Source: an uncultured Lentisphaeraceae bacterium
GTDB taxonomy: Bacteria; Verrucomicrobiota; Kiritimatiellia; RFP12; UBA1067
Length of the DNA stretch: 64,000 nucleotides
Direction of reading: 5' to 3'
NCBI GenBank assembly: GCA_964579865.1
Contig: CAZOIS010000001.1
Span: forward strand, 1,084-65,083
Shown: piece by piece, positions 15,753 to 22,437 of the stretch
Layout of the letters: each line of letters begins with the position of its first letter
How positions within the stretch are numbered: position 1 is the stretch's first letter
The notes under the pieces: model-generated
Databases searched by the model: none
What the model was told of the DNA's origin: nothing
What the model saw: the letters and a program-made list of their open reading frames with translations, nothing else
Translations under genes and position numbers: made by a program

Positions 15753-17693
15753 CTAATTCTGCAAAAGGGGCTCGATCGCCGTCGGTTTCGCGGCCTCGCG
15801 CTCGCTGACGGCCGGTGCGGGGGCCGGGGCGGCGGCGACGGGCGCTGGCGTGGCGGCGGGAGCCGGGGCCGGGGCCGGTTCCGGCTGAGGCGCCGCCGTC
15901 GCGGCACTTTCTTCCACGGGTTGCTGGACGGTTTTCTTTGCGGGTTTCGGGTCTTTGAGACTGAGGACTTCCTCCTTGGTGCGGTCGCCCGGCTCTTTCA
16001 TTTTGCCGTTGAGGAGATCGCGTCCCAGGATGGCGTTTTTGGGCATGCCGGTGTTTTCGGGCAGGGTGGCCGGATCGGCGATCCCGACGGTGACGAAGAT
16101 GATGATCTCCTTCTGCACTTTCTCGCGGCTCTTCCAGCCGAAAATCTTGGAACCGACCCACGGCAGGCTGCGCAGGTAGGGGATGCCCGAATCGATGCTT
16201 TCTTCGGTTGTCTTGGTCAGGCCGCCGATGACGGCGGTGGAGCCGCTCTGCATGTTGAAGACCGTCTGTATGCGCTGCATGTAGATGATCGGGAAACGCG
16301 GGGTGGGGGTGTTCTCCGACACGCCGCTGAACTCGTAGTACTCTTTCAGGTTGCTGATGGCCGGCTCGGCCAGCAAGGTGATCGTGCCGGTGGGGCTGAC
16401 GCGCGGCGTGACCTTGAGGCTGATGCCGTAGCTGAAGAACGCCTCGCCCGCGAAGAGCCCTTTGCCGACGCCGTCTTTGTCCCCTTTTTCGCCCGGGATG
16501 ACTTCCAGGCGGGACGAGATGTCGATCTGGTCCATGTTCGTTCCCGTGCGGGTGGTGGTGATCGTGAGATTCGGCTCTTTGGTGGTCATGTCCACCATCG
16601 CCTCTTGCTCATTCGCGACGATGATCTTCGGGTTCGAGAAAATGGAGACGCCGTCGATCTGCTCGAAGGCGTTCATGGTCAGCGAGAAGGCGTCCATGGA
16701 GAGGGAGCCGGTAAAGGTGGTGTCGCGGGTATGGGTCTTGGAGGTGGCATGCGTGGCGGAGGCCGAGCCGCTCACGGCCGAGTCGATCGTGCGCGTCAGC
16801 GAGTCTTTGATCGAGCCGCTGGTCGAACGCACGTCGTCCACATAGGAATCATCGGTCAGAGAGGAAGAGGTCCCTGTCTGTTTGTCGCTGGTGCTGCTGT
16901 CGGCGGAGGTGCTGCTGCCGCTGGTCTTCGACTTCCCGCTGGTTTTCGAATACCCCAGCGTAGCGCCGTCGAAGTTGACGCCCCAACCGTTGCCGCCGAG
17001 GCTGTCCCATTTCATGCCGAGCTTTTTGCTGGCGCTGGCGGAGAGCTCCGCGAAGCGCACTTCGATGTAGACTTGCGGGGTCTGCTTGTCGACGGAGCTG
17101 ATGATCTTCTCGCACTCGGCGAGTTGCTGGTCGGTGGCGGTGACGATCACCACGTTGGCGGCCTTGAAAGCCGAAGCGAGGCCGCCGGTGCCGAGGGTCG
17201 TTTTGAAGAGCGCCGCGACGTCTTCGGCCTTGGCGTGGTTCAGCTCGAACGTGCGGGTGACCTTGGGGATTTCGAGCGTTTTGGCGGTGACCACGAAGAT
17301 GCCGGAGCCGGCCGGCTGTTCGAGGAGCTGGAGTCCCTGCGGGTCAAGGATGGAGGCAAGGCCTTTGCGCCAGGGCACGTTGTCGAGCCGGATGCTGACG
17401 GCGGTCTGCAGGTTGGTGCCGCTCGAGATGATGTTGGCGCCCGTGGCGTCGCGGAACGCTTTGATCACATCGGAGAGCGGGGTTTCGTCGAACACCATGG
17501 AGACGACCTGCTCGGTGCTGTTGGCGGTGTCCACCACGCGAAAGGTCGGCTCGGCGGGTTTCGGTGCGGGCTGCGTCGGAGCGGCGGCTGCGGTGCCGGT
17601 TGCGGCTGCGGGCGCTTGGGCCAGCGACGGCAACGGAACCGCCAGAAGGGCGGCTGCCATGACGGATAGACAGACAAGGACGAGACGTTTCAT
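15753..17693 (-). CDS. pilQ: secretin (PilQ/GspD family), 646 aa
   Basis: Track ORF trimmed to ATG 17693 (MKRLVLVCLSVMAAALLAVPLPSLAQA signal peptide). N-domains, then the secretin core (VSIFSNPKIIVANEQEAMV...STAVIGGL...IPYLRSLPWVGSKIFGWKS...EIIIFVT). The discarded upstream 375 codons overlap pilP/pilO out of frame. Confidence 0.9.
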   Translation of the reverse strand: MKRLVLVCLSVMAAALLAVPLPSLAQAPAAATGTAAAAPTQPAPKPAEPTFRVVDTANSTEQVVSMVFDETPLSDVIKAFRDATGANIISSGTNLQTAVSIRLDNVPWRKGLASILDPQGLQLLEQPAGSGIFVVTAKTLEIPKVTRTFELNHAKAEDVAALFKTTLGTGGLASAFKAANVVIVTATDQQLAECEKIISSVDKQTPQVYIEVRFAELSASASKKLGMKWDSLGGNGWGVNFDGATLGYSKTSGKSKTSGSSTSADSSTSDKQTGTSSSLTDDSYVDDVRSTSGSIKDSLTRTIDSAVSGSASATHATSKTHTRDTTFTGSLSMDAFSLTMNAFEQIDGVSIFSNPKIIVANEQEAMVDMTTKEPNLTITTTRTGTNMDQIDISSRLEVIPGEKGDKDGVGKGLFAGEAFFSYGISLKVTPRVSPTGTITLLAEPAISNLKEYYEFSGVSENTPTPRFPIIYMQRIQTVFNMQSGSTAVIGGLTKTTEESIDSGIPYLRSLPWVGSKIFGWKSREKVQKEIIIFVTVGIADPATLPENTGMPKNAILGRDLLNGKMKEPGDRTKEEVLSLKDPKPAKKTVQQPVEESAATAAPQPEPAPAPAPAATPAPVAAAPAPAPAVSEREAAKPTAIEPLLQN

Positions 17694-17713
17694 CTGATGC
17701 TCCTGTTTCGTGT

Positions 17714-18223
17714 TTATTGTTTGAGAGACGGAAGGTTGGTGTCGGTGATGCGCGCGGCTTTGACCGGCTTCAGCTCCAGCTTGAGGTGCGCGAGCGACTC
17801 GATGCGCCAGACGAACTGGATGTCGAGATTGGTGAAGCAGAGGGTGTCGCCGGGGTTGTACGTCCGGCGGTTGATCATCACCTGTGCGCGCGTCTCGCCG
17901 GTGTCGGGGCGCCGGGACTGGGTGAAGCCGCTGACGGTGAGCGCCTTGCGGGCCACGGCCCAATCGGCTTCCGTGATCGCTTTGACGGGCGGCGGCTGGG
18001 CCTTGGCCGGCTGTTGCGGGCGGGGCACCGCCTGTTGGGTGAGCGCCGCTTCGGACTCCTTGGGCTCGGGCTTGGGCGGCTCGTAGCCGATGGGCCAGAA
18101 CGGGTCGCGGGCGGCTGCGGCCGGGAGTACGGCGAACAGGCCGAAAAGGACGGCGGGGAGCAAGCCGCGCGGACGCCGTGCGAAGACGTCCCGATCTGGG
18201 TTTTTGGGCGTGTGTGCGTTCAT
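17714..18223 (-). CDS. pilP: PilP-like pilus assembly protein
   Basis: 169 aa, N-terminal TM/signal, RDPFWP motif typical of PilP, Pro-rich linker, small C-terminal beta domain. Sits directly upstream of the secretin gene (20-nt gap). Confidence 0.6.
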   Translation of the reverse strand: MNAHTPKNPDRDVFARRPRGLLPAVLFGLFAVLPAAAARDPFWPIGYEPPKPEPKESEAALTQQAVPRPQQPAKAQPPPVKAITEADWAVARKALTVSGFTQSRRPDTGETRAQVMINRRTYNPGDTLCFTNLDIQFVWRIESLAHLKLELKPVKAARITDTNLPSLKQ

Positions 18224-18250
18224 GTGGATGACGCTCCGGCTGGATAGCGG

Positions 18251-18889
18251 TTAAGGGGCGGAAGGGGGAGGGACGGCGGGAAGAGCCCGTTTCTCGCCTT
18301 TGACGGGCCACTCGAAGGTGATGATCGCCTTGTGGCTTTCGGGGGTCTGCGGCTGGCCGAGGACCGTGATGCTGGCGAGCGTCGCCAGCGGCAGGGCCTC
18401 TTCGGCGCAGGAGACGAAAGCCGCGATCTGGGTATAGGACCCCTGGCCGGTGAATTCGACCAGCTGGCGTCCGTAGAGCTGCTCGGGGGGCGGCTTGGGC
18501 ACCTGAAGCGGGATGAACCGGTCTTCCTTGACGCCGTTGATCGTGAAGCCGGTCTGTTTCGCGATGGGGTCGAGCAGGGATTTGCCCCGCATGGCAAACG
18601 AGCCGAGCAGCGGCTCGATCACGCCGGCGGCGATCAGGGCATCGCGTTCGGCGCCGACGGCGGCGGCCTTGGCCTGCTGTTTTTCGGTCCCGGCAATGTC
18701 CTGCTTCATGTTGGCGACGGTCGTTTTCAGCCCGTCGTTCTCGGCCCGCACAGCCAGCAGCCGTTTGCGCGCGGGCAAGATGGCCAGGAAGATCAGCGCG
18801 AGCACGATCAGCAGGCACCCGCCGGTGATGAGGATGGCGTGCCGCCAGTGGGGGTTCAGATTTTTCAGAAAAGGCACCTCGGTGTTCAT
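18251..18889 (-). CDS. pilO: PilO-like bitopic pilus assembly protein
   Basis: ATG 18889 overlaps the pilN stop (ATGA). Single TM (HAILITGGCLLIVLALIFLAIL), a coiled segment, then a ferredoxin-like C-terminal region. Assignment rests on position between pilN-like and pilP-like genes. Confidence 0.6.
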   Translation of the reverse strand: MNTEVPFLKNLNPHWRHAILITGGCLLIVLALIFLAILPARKRLLAVRAENDGLKTTVANMKQDIAGTEKQQAKAAAVGAERDALIAAGVIEPLLGSFAMRGKSLLDPIAKQTGFTINGVKEDRFIPLQVPKPPPEQLYGRQLVEFTGQGSYTQIAAFVSCAEEALPLATLASITVLGQPQTPESHKAIITFEWPVKGEKRALPAVPPPSAP

Positions 18890-19545
18890 TCGAACCTCCT
18901 CGGGAAGCAATCGCAGGTGATTTCGAACAGCAGCGTGTCGCGGCTTGCGGTCGCGCGGGCCGTGTCTTGACGGAAGGCCCCCTTCGGGATTTCGGCGGAA
19001 CGGATGAGGTTGGTGAAAGGCGGCGTGCCGATCGACTTGAGCAGCGCGTTGACGTCGACGCTGGGGCTGTCGCCGCCGGCGCGCCCCAACAGCCGCAAGG
19101 TCACGGTTTCGAAGAGGTTGGTCGGCCCCAGCGGCGGCTTCAGCGGATCGAGCGGCGGCGGGAGCGGCGGCGGCGGCGGGACGCGCAGTTCGGTGAGTTG
19201 CAGGCTGGCGGGAACGTGCTCGGCCAGGCGCGCGAACGTCTCGCCGAAGCGGAGCCGGGAATTGCGGTAGAACGTGAGCTGCCGCAGCGTGGCGGCGTTT
19301 TCCTGTTCCTGCGCGCGCAGGCGCAGCACCTCGGCGTGGGACGGCTTCAACTGTTGGAGGTCCGCTTCCAGCGCGGACTTCTGGAGGGTCGCGGCGTGCA
19401 CGCGGAAGGCGATCAGGATCCACCAGACCGCCGTGCCGAGGACGGCCAGGCCGCCGCACAGCGGCAACATCACCCGCAACCGGATCGGGTTGGGGCTCAC
19501 GCGTTCCTCGTCGGTCAAAAGGTCAAGGTGCAGGGATGCGCTCAT
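18886..19545 (-). CDS. pilN: PilN-like bitopic pilus assembly protein
   Basis: ATG 19545 overlaps the pilM stop (ATGA). Short cytoplasmic N-terminus, TM (VMLPLCGGLAVLGTAVWWILIAF), coiled coil, poly-Pro stretch. Assignment is positional. Confidence 0.55.
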   Translation of the reverse strand: MSASLHLDLLTDEERVSPNPIRLRVMLPLCGGLAVLGTAVWWILIAFRVHAATLQKSALEADLQQLKPSHAEVLRLRAQEQENAATLRQLTFYRNSRLRFGETFARLAEHVPASLQLTELRVPPPPPLPPPLDPLKPPLGPTNLFETVTLRLLGRAGGDSPSVDVNALLKSIGTPPFTNLIRSAEIPKGAFRQDTARATASRDTLLFEITCDCFPRRFE

Positions 19546-20558
19546 AAGTCCTCCAGCACCGCGCGCGCGGCGCCGATCGCGGTCATCAGGAGCGGCGCCG
19601 CGGCGTTCAGGTCTTTCGGCAGGCAGGAAGCCGGCGCCGTCACCCGGATGCCGTCCAGCGGCAGGCAGGGCGTCAACGGCTGACTCATCATGTGGGCGAA
19701 GATCGCGGACCAGTAGCGGCTGCCCGCCGTCAGGCCGCAGACAAAGAAATGCTTCACCGGACAGTTCCTGCGCCGCAGCAGGTAATCGGCCGAGATTTCG
19801 ACTTGGCGGAAAAGGGGCCGCAGGACCGGCTCGATGATGGGCGTCGGATCGATGAGCGTGTCCTCCAAGACGGCGTCTGCGAGACCGAGCTCCATGTGCA
19901 TCTGGGAGCTGATGGCGTTGCGCAGGTGGTCCGCGCCGATGGGGTGCTCGCGGTACAGCACAAGGCGGAAATCCTGAAAGGCGGCCAGGGCGGTGTGATT
20001 GGCGAAAACAAAAAGCGTGACGGCGTTGCCGCCGGCCTCCACGAAGGCGGGGTGCGGGAGGAACCCGCTCATGGCCGCGGCGACGGAAACCTGGAGCGAG
20101 CAGGCCGTCGGAGGCCGGCCTTCCGGCAACAGGCGGGCGGCCCATGCGGCCTGGAATTCCGGCAGCCCCGCCGTGAACGGCGGCTGGTCAGGGACGACCA
20201 CGCGGGCCGCCTGCCGATACGCGAACTGCTTTTTCTCTTGGCCTTCCTCGGCGGCCCCGGCCGACTGCCGGAAGAAGGCGAGCTTGGACGTCACCGCAAT
20301 GGCGGCGTGCGGCGCCTGGAACGGGCGGGGCAGGGTCCAAACCGTCGTTCCCGGCGTCGGGGCAAAATCAGGGCTGTCGGGAAACGTGCCGGGCAGGTGC
20401 AGGAAGCCGGCAGCCAGCAGTTCGATGACGCCATCCCGTTTGCGCAGACGCACGGCCGGAACCCCGTCCGCCAGCCCGCATCCCAGCTCCAGCCCCACGA
20501 TGTCCGTGTGGGGCTTGTGCGGCGGCGCGAGTTTGGTCGGCAGTGAAACTGATTTCAT
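19542..20558 (-). CDS. pilM: PilM-like actin-fold pilus assembly ATPase-like protein
   Basis: Track ORF 19542..21725 trimmed to in-frame ATG 20558 (MKSVSLP...). DIVGLELGCG resembles the PilM GLDIG phosphate-1 motif, and FFVCGLTAGSRYW a late actin-fold motif. First gene of the M-N-O-P-Q series. Confidence 0.6.
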   Translation of the reverse strand: MKSVSLPTKLAPPHKPHTDIVGLELGCGLADGVPAVRLRKRDGVIELLAAGFLHLPGTFPDSPDFAPTPGTTVWTLPRPFQAPHAAIAVTSKLAFFRQSAGAAEEGQEKKQFAYRQAARVVVPDQPPFTAGLPEFQAAWAARLLPEGRPPTACSLQVSVAAAMSGFLPHPAFVEAGGNAVTLFVFANHTALAAFQDFRLVLYREHPIGADHLRNAISSQMHMELGLADAVLEDTLIDPTPIIEPVLRPLFRQVEISADYLLRRRNCPVKHFFVCGLTAGSRYWSAIFAHMMSQPLTPCLPLDGIRVTAPASCLPKDLNAAAPLLMTAIGAARAVLEDL

Positions 20559-20570
20559 ATGCACACAAAC

Positions 20571-20586
20571 AGCATAAATGATGCCA
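20571..20586 (-). promoter_or_regulatory. candidate sigma54 promoter (TGGCAT-CATTT-ATGCT) abutting the pilM start
   Basis: Correct spacing and orientation, but the -12 GC is only 13 nt from ATG 20558. This implies a virtually leaderless mRNA or a different start codon. Confidence 0.35.
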
Positions 20587-20810
20587 TCGGTCTGCCGGGC
20601 GGACGGCGCGCGGCGGCGGGCAGAGGGCCGCGCCCGGCCTGTGCGGCCGGGGTGCCCGTTGGCCCGGCCGCGGACGCGCGGCTCCGGATGCCGCGGAGGG
20701 CGGCCGCGTTTCTCCGCGCCGTTTTCTCGTTTTTGCAAAAAAGGTTTGCAGAACAGAGAAAAAAAGGCCCTTTTCGGGGCCGGGTACCCCTTGGCGCGGC
20801 ATGCCGGCGG

Positions 20811-20826
20811 CGGCATGATTTGTGCT
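20811..20826 (+). promoter_or_regulatory. candidate sigma54 promoter (CGGCAT-GATTT-GTGCT) abutting the PAS-DHp start
   Basis: Correct GG-N10-GC spacing. The -12 GC is 15 nt before ATG 20841, so the leader would be about 4 nt and there is no SD. Confidence 0.35.
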
Positions 20827-20840
20827 TGATAATAAAGTCT

Positions 20841-21974
20841 ATGAAGACCAACGAAAAATCCCAGACGATCAAGATCGATATCCGTTCCCTGGGATATGGT
20901 CGGTTGCCGGGGACGGACGCGCAGCGCGGCACGGCCCCCGTGGATTATTTCGACAAGCTGGATTACCGGTTTTTGTTCGAGCACGCCTATGACGCGATTC
21001 TGCTGGCGGACGGCGCGGGGAAAGTGCTGGCGGCCAATGCGCGTGCGACGCGGTTCTTCGGATACGAGGAGGTCGGCCTGACGGGGCTGCCTCTCCATGC
21101 GCTGGTGGCCGGCGTGACCGACGCGCTGCTCGCCGAGATCAGGACGGTGATCGCCGAGGGCCGCTACATGCGCATTCAGGCGTTTGCGGTGCACAAGGAC
21201 GACGTCTTCACTGCGGTCGAGATCGTGGCGATGGGCAACGGCACCCATTCGCCGGATCCGGTCTGTTATCTGGTCCGGGACATCCAGTCCCGCTGGCGGG
21301 CGGAACAGAAGCTGCTTTCGGCGTATCACGCCATGGACAACACCGACGCCGGCATCGGCATCGCCGACATGCGGGGCGTCATCACCTATGCCAACCGCAT
21401 GATGACCGAACTGCTTGCCGGAGGGGATGAGGCCGCGGTCGTGGGCCAGCATCTGGACGCCTGGTTCGACCGCAAAGCCGTGATCAATCCGCTGCTGGCA
21501 AACATCCGGGCGGGCGAAGGCTGGACGGGCGAGCAACGGACGATGGCCCGCGAGAAGACCGGCTGGCTGATGATTTCCGCGGTTCCCGACATCAATGAGG
21601 AGAGCGAGCTGTGCGGCATGGTGCTCTCGGTCCGCGATACGGCCGAGCGGCGGCGGGCGGAGATCGCCGAGCAGCAGGCCGAGCGCAACCGGGTGATGGC
21701 GGAGAGCCTTTCCCAGGCCTGCCATTCGCTGGGGCAGCCGGCCACCGTGCTGCTGACCGGCATCGAGATCCTCAAGCTGGAGGGGGACAAGGACGAGGCG
21801 CTGCGGCGCGAGATGGTCGATTTGTGTTACGGGGCGGTCATCCAGCTGCGCGACCTGCTGCAGCAGATGAACGCCAAACGGCTGCAGGGCGGCAGGGGCG
21901 AGGAGAAGGCCGGGGAAGCCGCGCCGGCCGTGTCGCCGCCGCCCGGGGCAGCAGACGAGGAGCGTGTGCGATGA
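20841..21974 (+). CDS. PAS-PAS-DHp signalling protein lacking a kinase ATPase (HATPase_c) domain
   Basis: ATG 20841 (MKTNEKSQ...). Two PAS modules (FEHAYDAILLADGAGKVLAANARATRFFGYEE..., DNTDAGIGIADMRGVITYANRMMTELL...). A coiled HisKA-like segment follows (MAESLSQACHSLGQPATVLLTGIEIL...LRDLLQQM), then the protein ends. Its stop overlaps the next ATG (ATGA at 21971..21974). Confidence 0.8.
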   Translation: MKTNEKSQTIKIDIRSLGYGRLPGTDAQRGTAPVDYFDKLDYRFLFEHAYDAILLADGAGKVLAANARATRFFGYEEVGLTGLPLHALVAGVTDALLAEIRTVIAEGRYMRIQAFAVHKDDVFTAVEIVAMGNGTHSPDPVCYLVRDIQSRWRAEQKLLSAYHAMDNTDAGIGIADMRGVITYANRMMTELLAGGDEAAVVGQHLDAWFDRKAVINPLLANIRAGEGWTGEQRTMAREKTGWLMISAVPDINEESELCGMVLSVRDTAERRRAEIAEQQAERNRVMAESLSQACHSLGQPATVLLTGIEILKLEGDKDEALRREMVDLCYGAVIQLRDLLQQMNAKRLQGGRGEEKAGEAAPAVSPPPGAADEERVR

Positions 21975-22435
21975 ACAAGACCCGCCAACAGGGCATGACG
22001 GTCGCGGAGCTGATGGTGTCGATGGCGCTGCTGCTCATCATCATGATGGCCGCGCTGCCGCTGGTGGACCAGATGATCTCGCGGTTCCAGATGGCGCGCG
22101 ACCATTACGTGGCGACCACGATCTGCCAGGGGCGCATCGAGCGCGCGCGCGCTTCGCCTTACCTGGACCTCGGCCTGCTGGCGGAAAAGGGCCTGCTGGT
22201 GGACGACTTCGGCAACCCCTCCTCGCCGGGCGGACGGTTCCGGCGCTCGACCGTGGTTCTGAAGGACACGCCCGCGGAAGGCTTGACCACCATGACGGTG
22301 CGGACGGACATCTGCATCTGTTCGCGGTGGGGCTGGCGCAAGGTTTTCCACCCCATCAAGACAGGTTCGTATCTCTGCCGGTTTACCGACGAACACGAGA
22401 AAATGACCTTTCTTTTCACCGATTACTTGGAGTGA
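21971..22435 (+). CDS. prepilin-type pseudopilin (154 aa)
   Basis: MNKTRQQG|MTVAELMVSMALLLIIMMAALPL has the class III signal with Glu+5. Translationally coupled to the upstream PAS-DHp gene. Confidence 0.85.
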   Translation: MNKTRQQGMTVAELMVSMALLLIIMMAALPLVDQMISRFQMARDHYVATTICQGRIERARASPYLDLGLLAEKGLLVDDFGNPSSPGGRFRRSTVVLKDTPAEGLTTMTVRTDICICSRWGWRKVFHPIKTGSYLCRFTDEHEKMTFLFTDYLE

Positions 22436-22437
22436 TT

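Noticed and set aside
17694-18818. N-terminal 375-codon extension of the secretin ORF (track 15753..18818), and similar extensions of pilM (to 21725), pilO, pilN, aguB, rnfE, 44305 and 54376..56751
   Set aside because: The extensions overlap upstream genes out of frame, are Arg/Pro/Gly-rich, and precede internal ATGs that have signal peptides, SD sequences or ATGA coupling. The shorter gene models were used.
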